Part shown: positions 36,763 through 46,212 of the stretch, piece by piece
Layout: each line of letters starts with the position of its first letter
How positions within the stretch are numbered: position 1 is the stretch's first letter
DNA from: Nitrososphaerota archaeon
Lineage (GTDB): Archaea > Thermoproteota > Nitrososphaeria > Nitrososphaerales > JACPRH01
NCBI GenBank assembly: GCA_016190055.1
Contig: JACPRH010000057.1
Span: 2,434-66,433, forward strand
DNA: 64,000 nt
Direction of reading: 5' to 3'
Translations under genes and position numbers: made by a program
The notes under the pieces: model-generated
What the model saw: only the letters and a program-made list of their open reading frames with translations
Told to the model about the DNA's origin: nothing
Database searches by the model: none

Positions 36763-38536
36763 CCAGGTTACACATCCGTCTGTTGACGTAGTTGTGCTCG
36801 GCGCGGGGATGATCAGCGGCCCAGTAGCGGCTGAGCTGTCTCGCGACGGGTACAAGGTTGTAGGAATAGAGAAGGGGCCTAGATGGGATTATACTTCAGA
36901 TTGGCATCCAACCAATATTCACGACGAGTGGGCAATCGCAGTTGAGCGAAAATTTGATCATCCACTGCAAATCGCCACCTTTTCTATTCGAAACAACCGT
37001 GAACAGTTTGCTCTACCGGTTCGAAGATACACTAAGCTAGTTCAGTATCATGCACTGGGGCACGGTGTCGGAGGCGCAGCGACACACTGGGGCGCATCTG
37101 TAGGGAGATATGGCCCATGGTCATTCAAACCCTACTCTGAAACGATAAACAAATACGGCGAATCGATGCTACCCAGCAACCACGATATGGAGGACTTCCC
37201 CATAACGTACGACGAAGCTAAGCCATACTATGAGGCTTGGGAGAAAGCTATGGGGATAACTGGTGATAATGAGGATCCCTTTATCCCAGATGTGAAGTAT
37301 CCGCTACCTCCACATCCACCAACGCCGGTCGCTGAGCGCTTCCGAGCTGCAGCTGAATCTATGGGATATCACCCAAACCCAGCTGTAAGTGCCATCACAT
37401 CGGGTAGTTACGTAAACCAATACGGCGTGCAGCGTAACGCCTGCATCCAATGCGGGTGGTGCGGTGGTCTCTGCAACTATCCCTGCGAAGTAGGCGCTAA
37501 AACCAGCTCGCATGTCACCACTATTCCCGCGGCATTAGCTACAGGCAATTTTGATCTCAGACTTTTCAGCTACGTCTACCGCATTGATACCAATGAGCAG
37601 AAAACTATGGCCACAGGCGTCAGATACTACGACTCCGCTGGCAACATTCACATCCAACCCGCCAAAGTAATATTCAACGGAATCTGGGGATATAACATCA
37701 TCAGACTGATGCTTCTTTCAGGAATTGGTAAGCCTTACAATCCGGTAAACTCAACAGGTTCACTTGGACGCGGATTAACGGACGGCTACTCACCCGGTGT
37801 AACCAACGTCCGAGGCACCTTAGAGGATATTGGTGGAAACGCTTACAGCGCTGGAAACGCCTCTGGAGGAGGATTCAAAATCCTCGATTTCGCCGACGAC
37901 AACTTCGACCATAACGGTCTCAACTTCATCGGCGGGTCAGCAATCACACTTGGAGGCTACCTCGGGTCGGCGCCAAACCTCATCACCGCGAACAATCCGG
38001 CCAAGGAGAATTTTGGAAGCACATGGAAGGGGAGGCTCAAAGATAACAAGCTGCCAACTAGACTTACCATATCTTCGTCACCATCTGGCCCCGAGATCCC
38101 TACTAAAGATCAATTTGTAGATCTAGATCCTCACTACACGGACATCTACGGCGATCCGATTGCTCGAATAACTATGGATTGGGGCGCAAACAGGTGGAGG
38201 CCAGCTGACTATATTGCGCCGAAGGTCGGAGAGATCTTCACGAAGATGGGCGCGACAAACGTAATCGTCACTAAAGTTCCTGAACTCAACCAACATGTAG
38301 ACTGGTGGGGACACCACATGAGAGGAGGATCAAGAATGGGTGAGAAACCGGAAACATCAGTCTTCAACAAATGGATGCAGCAGTGGGATCTTGAGAACCA
38401 TTTCGCAGCCAGTGAAACGAGCTTCCCCTTCGGAGACAACATAACTGCGGGTACGCACCCAGCCGGCATGCTAGCATACCTAGCAGCTGATGGGATAAAG
38501 AAGTACCTGAACAGCCCAGGCCCACTAGTAGCCTAG
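36755..38536 (+). CDS. GMC family FAD-dependent oxidoreductase (flavoprotein subunit)
   Basis: 593 aa: VDVVVLGAGMISGPVAAELSRDGYKVVGIEKG Rossmann motif and a C-terminal GMC_oxred_C region (HHMRGGSRMG). Confidence 0.85.
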   Translation: MPDQVTHPSVDVVVLGAGMISGPVAAELSRDGYKVVGIEKGPRWDYTSDWHPTNIHDEWAIAVERKFDHPLQIATFSIRNNREQFALPVRRYTKLVQYHALGHGVGGAATHWGASVGRYGPWSFKPYSETINKYGESMLPSNHDMEDFPITYDEAKPYYEAWEKAMGITGDNEDPFIPDVKYPLPPHPPTPVAERFRAAAESMGYHPNPAVSAITSGSYVNQYGVQRNACIQCGWCGGLCNYPCEVGAKTSSHVTTIPAALATGNFDLRLFSYVYRIDTNEQKTMATGVRYYDSAGNIHIQPAKVIFNGIWGYNIIRLMLLSGIGKPYNPVNSTGSLGRGLTDGYSPGVTNVRGTLEDIGGNAYSAGNASGGGFKILDFADDNFDHNGLNFIGGSAITLGGYLGSAPNLITANNPAKENFGSTWKGRLKDNKLPTRLTISSSPSGPEIPTKDQFVDLDPHYTDIYGDPIARITMDWGANRWRPADYIAPKVGEIFTKMGATNVIVTKVPELNQHVDWWGHHMRGGSRMGEKPETSVFNKWMQQWDLENHFAASETSFPFGDNITAGTHPAGMLAYLAADGIKKYLNSPGPLVA

Positions 38537-38601
38537 CAGATAGGTATAGAGCAATTTGATGGGAAACACGGCAGCAGGAGCCTTGTCTTAGCAGTGATAG
38601 T

Positions 38602-41178
38602 CTAGACTAGGCTCTTGTCGCCTTCAATGGGTTCGCTGATACTGGTTGGTTCTCCGTCTAGTATTCGCTGGAAGACTTCTGTCGCCCCGTATTTGCTAAG
38701 GTATTCGTTGTTGTTGCCGCAGCGGTAGGAGTAGGTGCATCTGGGGCAGCCGTCCTCCGAGCTGCAGGGGCACTCTTTCAGTATTGTGAGACCTCTTTTC
38801 ACTGCTTCTTCAAGCCGGTCGTAGAGGAGGCGGGTAGCTCCGTTTCCGCCGGCTGAGCTGTCGTAAATGAAGATTAGTCCTGAGTTTCCCATTGCTACTC
38901 CGCCCATGTCTGTTGCTGCACCGCCTGTAATCATGTTGGTGCCTTCTATTGTCACATGCTCGGTTGCGTGGAAGCTGCTTGCTGCAAGCTCATCCGGCGT
39001 TTTTTTCGGCTCGGAGTTTTGGAGCAGTATGTTTTCAGGTACTGGGGCTTTGAACACTATACCCTTTGTTCTGAAGGTGTATTTCACAGGTTCAGCCAGC
39101 ATCACTCGTTCTCCGCTCGCGACTTCTGATCCTATTTCGATGGTGGTGTAGCCTGACACTTTTCGTTGAATTAGAAGATCGCAGTAGGCTACTTCTAGGC
39201 CCATCACTTGCTTTTTGGAGTACACCTGTCTGATGGATGGCCACTCCTCCTTCAGAGACCGGGTATAGTACGGGTAGTTTGACGGCAGCCGCTCCACCTC
39301 AGCTCGACCTTCGTGCCGATAAAAGGTGATATTTTTTGACAGATATCTGGCTCCGCCTAGGAAGTAGACGGCGCCGGGGTGCAGCTCATCTAGGGCCTGT
39401 GGCATGCTTCGCTCGCCAACCTTTCGGTCGCCAAACATTACGGAGACGGTTTCACCTGCGCCTCGGATATCGTATCCTTGAAGTGTCCGTCGCGCTGCTG
39501 AGTAGTCTGGAATTAACCCCCTAGCAGTCTTGGAGAGCAGGTTGGACTTCACCATTTCGTCAAGAGTTTCTTGGAACTTGGAGAACTCTCCGGCCCTAAT
39601 CGGCTGATCGATGGCGGCGGCTAGGAGTTGGTAGCGCGAGATAACGGGGTTTGTTGGGTCGATGTAGCCGGGCTCGATGTCTTTGAAGTAGTCTTCAGGG
39701 TTGTTCTTGTAGTACTGGCTGATAGGGTCGCTTTCACGCAGTGAGATGAAGACCAGACTCTCTTGTCCTCTCCGCCCTGCTCGGCCTGTTCTTTGAATCA
39801 GCCGTGTCCAAGTTACAAGATCTGAGATGATTGAGTCTACGCTTCCAATGTCGATTCCGAGCTCCAAGGTGGGGGTGGAGGAGATTGCCTTCAACGAGCC
39901 GTTTTTGAACCGCTCCTCGACACCTACACGCCACTTCTGCGTTAAGCCAGCTCGGTGAACCTCAATAGGTATACCGTTTCGTCTACCGTAGAAGGCAGTT
40001 AGCTCAGCGCTGAGATGAGAGTTGGAGAAGACAATTGTCCGTCGCCCCGACTCCACAAGATGTTTTAGCAGATCCAGCGTAAGAGCTCGGTGGCTTCGCA
40101 GCGTCGGGAAAATCATAGCTAGGTGAATTACGCCGCGTTTTCCTCGGCCTCCTTCGATTACAACGAATTTTCTGCCGAAGAGGTCTTCGCAGAACTCCTT
40201 CGGGTTACCGATAGTAGCTGATGCCGCCGCTATCTGCAGTCCACCGCAGAGTCGTTCAAGCCGTTTCAAAACGAAGTAGATGTTGCTGCCGAATGTTCCG
40301 GTGTAGACATGAATCTCGTCTACGACCAGGTACTTCACGGTGCGGAGGAGTCTTGCGAACTTGGTTCGGTGGATGAAGTGGTGGTGAAGTGTATCGAAGT
40401 TAGTAATTACAATGTCCGGTGGATCCTCGATTATCCGGTACCTATCGCTCTGCGAAGTGTCTCCGTCGAACACATCTATCCTGACGCCGATTGAGCCGGC
40501 TAGCTTCCTGAGTTTTGGAAGCTGATCCCTTGCAAGCGCCTTAGTGGGGTAGACGAAGAGCGCTCTGACTGCTCTTTCACCGGTTCGCAGTGCACCGAAG
40601 CGACTGGTTTGATTCGAGATTAGCTGGATGACTGGTATTGCGAAGGCTTCTGTCTTGCCGCTGCCGGTCGGAGCAACAATCACAACGTCTTTGCCGCCGA
40701 TTATGGCTTCAACGGCCTTCTCCTGAAATCGGTAGAGATGGGTGACGTCTTCAGTGGCCAGTCCAGCCCATATCGCCTCATCAATTGGCAGCTGTTTCTT
40801 TTTGACGCCGGGATCCGGCTCCTCAGCGGGTATGCGTCGGTAGAGGGCAGGGTAGTCCTGCTGCGAGAGTAGAGCATCTTTCATCGGCTGTGGAAGATCT
40901 TGCAGGTTGCCGCCGCCGTCTTTGACGAGTTTTTCAACGGATGTTTTAGATCTACGGATTCCCTCGACTTCTAGGAGCTGTTCAAGTGACGCTATCTTCT
41001 TCACTCGGTCTTCGTCGAACTCTTCAAGCAGCTTCAGGTATGCTTCGTCAAGGCTGTTTATGTCGGGTCTTACGATGTGTGTCAAGTGGCACTTGTTGCA
41101 TCTGATGAGATAACGCCCATCGTATAGACGTTCAAGGCTTAGTTTTTGGCTGCATTCAGGGCAACGATACCGCTGCAT
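38602..41178 (-). CDS. DEAD/DEAH-box helicase with an N-terminal Zn ribbon and a C-terminal DUF1998/MrfA-type Zn-binding domain (YprA/MrfA-like)
   Basis: CPECSQ...CNKC ribbon. APTGSGKTEAF (motif I), VVDEIH (motif II), SATIGN (III) and QRTGRAGRRG (VI). C-terminal CPCSSEDGCPRCTYSYRCGNNNEYL. Start set at MQRYRCPEC (ATG at 41178). Confidence 0.85.
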   Translation of the reverse strand: MQRYRCPECSQKLSLERLYDGRYLIRCNKCHLTHIVRPDINSLDEAYLKLLEEFDEDRVKKIASLEQLLEVEGIRRSKTSVEKLVKDGGGNLQDLPQPMKDALLSQQDYPALYRRIPAEEPDPGVKKKQLPIDEAIWAGLATEDVTHLYRFQEKAVEAIIGGKDVVIVAPTGSGKTEAFAIPVIQLISNQTSRFGALRTGERAVRALFVYPTKALARDQLPKLRKLAGSIGVRIDVFDGDTSQSDRYRIIEDPPDIVITNFDTLHHHFIHRTKFARLLRTVKYLVVDEIHVYTGTFGSNIYFVLKRLERLCGGLQIAAASATIGNPKEFCEDLFGRKFVVIEGGRGKRGVIHLAMIFPTLRSHRALTLDLLKHLVESGRRTIVFSNSHLSAELTAFYGRRNGIPIEVHRAGLTQKWRVGVEERFKNGSLKAISSTPTLELGIDIGSVDSIISDLVTWTRLIQRTGRAGRRGQESLVFISLRESDPISQYYKNNPEDYFKDIEPGYIDPTNPVISRYQLLAAAIDQPIRAGEFSKFQETLDEMVKSNLLSKTARGLIPDYSAARRTLQGYDIRGAGETVSVMFGDRKVGERSMPQALDELHPGAVYFLGGARYLSKNITFYRHEGRAEVERLPSNYPYYTRSLKEEWPSIRQVYSKKQVMGLEVAYCDLLIQRKVSGYTTIEIGSEVASGERVMLAEPVKYTFRTKGIVFKAPVPENILLQNSEPKKTPDELAASSFHATEHVTIEGTNMITGGAATDMGGVAMGNSGLIFIYDSSAGGNGATRLLYDRLEEAVKRGLTILKECPCSSEDGCPRCTYSYRCGNNNEYLSKYGATEVFQRILDGEPTSISEPIEGDKSLV

Positions 41179-41233
41179 CGTTAGGTTACTCACTTGGCTT
41201 TCGCTACAATTCTGGATAAACAGCCATCTTAAA

Positions 41234-41938
41234 TCATATACTGCCGCTGCGACCACTGCTAGTGTTATGACAGAGATGCCTTTCGCTTAGGGCTGGTTTT
41301 AAGCTGCTGAGGTAGCTATAGGTTGCGGTGTTGCTTCGCCGTTTCATAAAGGTGTCTAGGTCCTGCGGCAAATCTAGATCAAGCATTACAGTTTCTGGGT
41401 GGAGTACAGTGAAGCGTACCTGCTTATCAGACGCGTAGCAGAGATGCGTTGGGTAGCTTGCTCGGTCGTAAGAGGTTGCGATGATTTTTGGAGGGCGTCG
41501 GAGCAAAGCGTTGGTACCGTCCTGCCGGGCTGAGGGTATAATTATAACAGAGGGTTCAGGCTTTGAGGCATCAACCATGTTGTTGATGTCTTCTTGTGTT
41601 ATGAGTGGGATGTCAGCTGGGAGAACAAGGGTTGAGGCTGCGCCGTGGTCTATGCAAAAGCTGTTGGCGTATTGAATTGCTTCGTTGATTCCCATAGGTG
41701 AAGGCTCCCTTAAAGGGGTGAATCCTACGGTTTTTGCAGTGTTTAGAGCGTCTTGGTCAGATGAGATGATGACGCATTCGCTTACTGCATGTGTTAATGA
41801 TATAGTTTTTAAGACATCGTGAAGCATTCGTAGAGAGAGTTCTTTCCGCTCATCTTTGCTGAGCAGCGGTGATAGTCGCGTCTTACCGTTATCCAGTTTT
41901 TTAACAGGAATAACTGTGAAGAGCTTCAAGACCTGCAC
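41234..41938 (-). CDS. cofC: 2-phospho-L-lactate guanylyltransferase (F420 biosynthesis)
   Basis: 234 aa: IPVKKLDNGKTRLSPLLSKDERKELSLRMLHDVL and DGTNAL motifs. Confidence 0.8.
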   Translation of the reverse strand: MQVLKLFTVIPVKKLDNGKTRLSPLLSKDERKELSLRMLHDVLKTISLTHAVSECVIISSDQDALNTAKTVGFTPLREPSPMGINEAIQYANSFCIDHGAASTLVLPADIPLITQEDINNMVDASKPEPSVIIIPSARQDGTNALLRRPPKIIATSYDRASYPTHLCYASDKQVRFTVLHPETVMLDLDLPQDLDTFMKRRSNTATYSYLSSLKPALSERHLCHNTSSGRSGSI

Positions 41939-42054
41939 CTTACCTAGAGTAGGCTACTTATATTATACGAATAATACGTCTAGTTTAAGTTTATGGTGAA
42001 CAATGAGGTCTTGGAAACGGGTCAAGGCTTCTTGTTACCTCGGATGATTTGTGT

Positions 42055-42534
42055 TTAGCTTCGGTCTGGAGCTATCGTAAATTCGCAGTGGTCGTCCCCT
42101 TTCGCGAAGCATTTAACTTCATCCAGTAGGACAGGTTTCTGCATTAGCCCAGATATGAAGCCGGTTAGGTAGCCCTTGACGAAGTAGCATATCTGTTGCT
42201 TTGATTTTGCAGCTCTTGCTTCGAAGCAGTTTTTCACCAGGATTCTTCCTGAGAGTTTTGTGAAGTCTAGGTCTTGGAAGGTGATTTCGCCCCAGTTGTC
42301 GTTGATCTTATCCTTTGCTAGCAGATCGAGCGTTTCCTCCTTTGTTTTAGTCTTCGCAGCTCTTCGCTCATATGCTCTATGCCCTGCACCTATTCCTGAG
42401 TAGTAGAGAATAGTGTAGGCTGCGACGCCGAACGTGCCGTATAGTGAATCTTTGATTTCGTTGAAGGTCTGGAAATGAAAGAGAAAGCTGTTCTGCTGTT
42501 CAAGACGATTTTTCATAGACATCTTAATGCTCAC
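42055..42534 (-). CDS. V4R (4-vinyl reductase-like) domain protein
   Basis: 159 aa. C-terminal CYFVKGYLTGFISGL...CFAKGDDHCEF is the V4R signature. Confidence 0.75.
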   Translation of the reverse strand: MSIKMSMKNRLEQQNSFLFHFQTFNEIKDSLYGTFGVAAYTILYYSGIGAGHRAYERRAAKTKTKEETLDLLAKDKINDNWGEITFQDLDFTKLSGRILVKNCFEARAAKSKQQICYFVKGYLTGFISGLMQKPVLLDEVKCFAKGDDHCEFTIAPDRS

Positions 42535-42841
42535 CGGGGATGCTTTGCGCTAGTCTAAAAATAGCTATGACGAAAACAAGTATGAAAATAGTCTCAGTAA
42601 TTGAGTATACTTCATCATGCCAAGGCTGTGGCCATATCCATCCGAACAAGACGCTGATAGATTCGTGAACCGCAAATACTCCACCGGCCACTAGAATGAG
42701 AACGATAGCTGAAGCCATCTTACCTCCACGTAGACGTTGAAGAACCATGAAACCCAGTAATCCACCCATGATTACGAGAAGCAGATTAATCACTTCTAAG
42801 AAGCCCAAAGGATTTGTATCCGTAACTAAGCACCCGAGCAT
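42524..42841 (-). CDS. small 3-TM membrane protein (hypothetical)
   Basis: 105 aa with three hydrophobic helices. Overlaps the downstream V4R gene by 11 nt, which suggests an operon. Confidence 0.5.
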   Translation of the reverse strand: MLGCLVTDTNPLGFLEVINLLLVIMGGLLGFMVLQRLRGGKMASAIVLILVAGGVFAVHESISVLFGWIWPQPWHDEVYSITETIFILVFVIAIFRLAQSIPGEH

Positions 42842-42937
42842 ATCGACATAGATACGTCAAATTTAAGATTGATCTATTTATTTTCATAAGATGCTATATA
42901 CTCGAAACATCAGAATCACAGCAGAGAGAGGCTGGGC

Positions 42938-43819
42938 GTGACCTACCCAGTACCAGAATCTTACGACTTTATATCAGCCTATATTACTAGTGTCTCGGAA
43001 GATATCTCTTTGAGTCCTGATAAGCCGCCAGAGATGAATACTAAGAGCTGGGAGTCGATGAAGAATTTTGTCGAGCAACATGAAGTGTTGACTGACAGTC
43101 TGTGGATACTCGGGGAGCGGGATGATAGTGGCGCGCATAGCGAACTTCACCACGGAGGCTTCATCCCTCAGATCCCTCGGCAGGCGATTCTCAGGTTCAC
43201 TCACCCATATGAGACTGTTATTGACTGCTTCTCAGGGTATGGGACAACATTGATTGAGTGTAGACGCTGGGGTCGGCACGGGTTTGGGGTTGAGCTTGAT
43301 AGGAAGATTCACGGAATTGCGCAGAGCAGAATTGAGGAGGAGCCGAACCGTTACGAAGTGAAGACGATGCTTGTTCGAGGGAACAGTGCCTCTTTTGATA
43401 TTCGAGGACGGCTTGAGGAGGAGGGGCTTGGAGAAGCGTCGCTTGCTGTGCTTCACCCGCCGTATCACGATATCATCAAGTATGGTGTGGATGAGGAGAA
43501 CCTTTGCAACGCCACATCGCTGAGCGATTTTCGTAACCGGTACGGAGCTGTTGTGGAGAACGTTGGGCGAGCGTTGAAGCCCGGTGGGTATTTGGAGCTG
43601 GTTATTGGCGACAAATACGGCAATGGAGAGTGGGTGCCGCTGGGTTTTCAGCTTATGGAGGAGACGGTTAAACGGGGGTTTAAGCTAAAGTCGATCTGCG
43701 TGAAGAACATTGAGAACACGATGGCGAAGCGAAGCCAGATTCATCTTTGGCGTTACCGAGCTTTGAAGAGCGGTTTCTACTTCTTCAAGCATGAATATGT
43801 CATGTTTTTCAGAAAATAA
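42938..43819 (+). CDS. SAM-dependent N-methyltransferase (N6/N4 DNA methylase-like; motif I before an HPPY motif IV)
   Basis: 293 aa, GTG start. HGGFIPQIPRQAILRFTHPYETVIDCFSGYGTTLIECRRWGRHGFGVELD (substrate loop plus FxGxGTT), then LAVLHPPYHDII and RALKPGGYLELVIGD. Confidence 0.7.
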   Translation: MTYPVPESYDFISAYITSVSEDISLSPDKPPEMNTKSWESMKNFVEQHEVLTDSLWILGERDDSGAHSELHHGGFIPQIPRQAILRFTHPYETVIDCFSGYGTTLIECRRWGRHGFGVELDRKIHGIAQSRIEEEPNRYEVKTMLVRGNSASFDIRGRLEEEGLGEASLAVLHPPYHDIIKYGVDEENLCNATSLSDFRNRYGAVVENVGRALKPGGYLELVIGDKYGNGEWVPLGFQLMEETVKRGFKLKSICVKNIENTMAKRSQIHLWRYRALKSGFYFFKHEYVMFFRK

Positions 43820-43904
43820 AGCTGCGCAGGATCAGCAAGGCATCAGAAAGTAATGACTGTAAAAACACAATTTTTATCTTTAACTGCTCTTAAATCCGTG
43901 AAGA

Positions 43905-44273
43905 ATGCTAGATTCCAAACTGGTTTTTGATCTATGCACGATGCTTCTTGCCGTCGGGATGTCTTCCTACGCATACCGTATCAGAGACACCTTTAGGGAC
44001 AGCGTACTCTGGAGACCCTTACAGGTTTTCGGCATCTCACCACTGATACTTGTGCTTGGAGAACTATTTGATATCATACCTGAGATTCTAGATGTAGAAG
44101 AAGTCCAACTGTTCGGATTAGCGCACCGGATTTTAGAGACGGGATTCATGATGTTTTTACTATACGGTTTTTACCTGTTCTACAGGGCTTGGAGACCACC
44201 GACCGCGGTTGAAATCGAAGCTAAGAACAAGATACCGAATCTATCTATCAATGAATCTGTGGATAGGAAATAA
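43905..44273 (+). CDS. small 3-TM membrane protein (hypothetical)
   Basis: 122 aa with three hydrophobic helices. No recognisable family. Confidence 0.45.
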   Translation: MLDSKLVFDLCTMLLAVGMSSYAYRIRDTFRDSVLWRPLQVFGISPLILVLGELFDIIPEILDVEEVQLFGLAHRILETGFMMFLLYGFYLFYRAWRPPTAVEIEAKNKIPNLSINESVDRK

Positions 44274-44337
44274 CTGGCAGAAAAGTTTGTAGGGTACCTA
44301 GGGAGCTGACCCGCAATCTGTGGCTAAATGCTGCGGA

Positions 44338-45255
44338 CTAGATACTGATAATGAATTGGGCAAGTTGCCGTTCAGCAGACTCATCCCTCATTAGGATATT
44401 GGCGGCTATACCCTCGACACCAATCTCTTCAATACTATCGATTGCTGCTCGATCAGTCTCATCTACAAGTAGTCGTCCTGCAAAACCTGAGTAGATTTGA
44501 GCTACACCTACCGGCGAAACTTCGGCGCCAATTCCACGGAGGAACTTCCCGGCAGGTCCACTGATAGGCCGGTTGTTTACGATTGGGCTAACGGCGACCA
44601 CACGGCTTCGAACTTTGGTTAAGACTTCGCGTATGCTTGGGATGTGCAGGATAGGGCCTATGCTGGTGACAGGGTTGGCTGGGCATATTACTACCTTGTC
44701 GGCGTCATGAATAGCTTTGACTACACCTGAAGCGGGCTGAGGGTTTTCTGATCCACGGTAGCTGACTCCTAATACATTCGGGGTGCCTTTGCGCTTTACC
44801 CAGAACTCTTGGAGATGCATGTCTCCTTCTGGGGTCAGTATCCGCGTCTCGATATGCTCGTCTGAAGCTGGAAGCACCTTTTGATAAACCTTGAGATGCT
44901 TAGCGATCTGTTGAGTAACTTCGCCTAAAGTTAGGCCGGCCTTCATCATCTCGGTTCTAGCGATGTGGATTGCTAGATCTTTATCCCCGAGCTTAAACCA
45001 GTCTTCAAGCCCGTATTTCGACCCCTGCTCCAAGAAGTTGAAGGTGTCATCTTTGAAGCCCCAGCCGCGGGGCTTGTCTAGGACACCAGCTAATGCGTAG
45101 AGGATTGTGTCAACATCTGGGCAGATGTAGAGACCGTGCAGCAAAATGTTGTCCCCGATGTTCACAATCACAGTCAAATCGTCCGGTGAAACATGAGCTG
45201 CTAGTCCTCGGACAAGCTTCGCGGAGCCTGTGCCTCCCGCCAGAACTGTTATCAT
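44338..45255 (-). CDS. cofD: 2-phospho-L-lactate transferase (F420 biosynthesis)
   Basis: 305 aa: ITVLAGGTGSAKLVRGL N-terminus, ICPANPVTSIGPIL and typical length. Confidence 0.9.
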   Translation of the reverse strand: MITVLAGGTGSAKLVRGLAAHVSPDDLTVIVNIGDNILLHGLYICPDVDTILYALAGVLDKPRGWGFKDDTFNFLEQGSKYGLEDWFKLGDKDLAIHIARTEMMKAGLTLGEVTQQIAKHLKVYQKVLPASDEHIETRILTPEGDMHLQEFWVKRKGTPNVLGVSYRGSENPQPASGVVKAIHDADKVVICPANPVTSIGPILHIPSIREVLTKVRSRVVAVSPIVNNRPISGPAGKFLRGIGAEVSPVGVAQIYSGFAGRLLVDETDRAAIDSIEEIGVEGIAANILMRDESAERQLAQFIISI

Positions 45256-45293
45256 GCGACCACATAACCTCTATCTGGTGTTAGATCACTCGG

Positions 45294-46043
45294 CTACCTG
45301 AAGAGGTCTCTGGAGGCCCTTCGCACTAGGCGGCGAGATGAGCCTTTAGCTGGTTCGTATCTGTATCCTCTTACCACGGCTACAGGCACACTGTCGATTT
45401 TTCCCATCACAAGCTCGGAGGCTGAGGCGATTTCATCTGCAACCGCGACGTTGGTTACCTTTAACTCGTATCCGAAGCTGTCCTTCATACCGAAGTAAGG
45501 TTTCATCGGGTTAAGCCCGGCGACTCCTATCGCTACGTTGGTCTGTCCTTCACGCCAAGGTCGCCCGAAAGTATCGGTTATGACGACCGCTACATCTACA
45601 CCGATTTTCTTCTTGATTTTCTGCGCGATGCGTCGGGCTGATTGATCAGGGTTCTTCGGAAGCAGTGCGATTATCCCCGGCTCCATGTTTGACTGATCGA
45701 TGCCGCCGTTTGCGCAGATGAAGCCGTGACGCGTCTCAGCTATGATCAAGCCCTCGCTCATTCGAACGATTCTCCGCGCTTCTGAAAGAACAATTTCAAC
45801 CTTCCGCGGATCCATATGCAGAAGCTTAGAGTAGTGCATAGCAATTGGAGAAGGCGCAACTTGGTCTAACCGGATGGTTCTACCCTCAGCCTTAGAAACG
45901 ATCTTTGAGGTGACCACCAAAATATCTCTATCAACAAACGTAAAGCTTTGCTTTGAAGCAGCGTCAAGAATCAACGTGGATAAATTATCGCCCGGCTGAA
46001 CCTCCGGAAGACCTTGAATCCCTGTAATGACGACCGAACTCAT
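45294..46043 (-). CDS. cofE: coenzyme F420-0:L-glutamate ligase
   Basis: GLPEVQPGDNL, VVTSKIVSKAEGR, GFICANGGIDQSN and VVITDTFGRPWREGQTNVAIG. Start moved to the internal ATG (MSSVVITG, 46043). Confidence 0.85.
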   Translation of the reverse strand: MSSVVITGIQGLPEVQPGDNLSTLILDAASKQSFTFVDRDILVVTSKIVSKAEGRTIRLDQVAPSPIAMHYSKLLHMDPRKVEIVLSEARRIVRMSEGLIIAETRHGFICANGGIDQSNMEPGIIALLPKNPDQSARRIAQKIKKKIGVDVAVVITDTFGRPWREGQTNVAIGVAGLNPMKPYFGMKDSFGYELKVTNVAVADEIASASELVMGKIDSVPVAVVRGYRYEPAKGSSRRLVRRASRDLFR

Positions 46044-46212
46044 AATGACCCGACTCTCCAATAGTAGCTGCTTATACATATTGTCCCCAGCGAAGCGAAC
46101 CCGATAAACTAGACTAAGAAGAGCGGTTGCTTCAAAACACAGCAATCCGTTCTTCCGATCGTGCGTGTCCTGTCTATGGCACTATCGTCTAACTCTACTT
46201 CTTGTGTACTGC

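Noticed and set aside
38602-43819. DISARM-like defence locus (DUF1998 helicase plus methyltransferase)
   Set aside because: The two genes are separated by cofC, a V4R protein and a membrane protein, and lie on opposite strands. No PLD nuclease, separate DrmB or SNF2 gene is present. The helicase looks like the stand-alone YprA/MrfA type.
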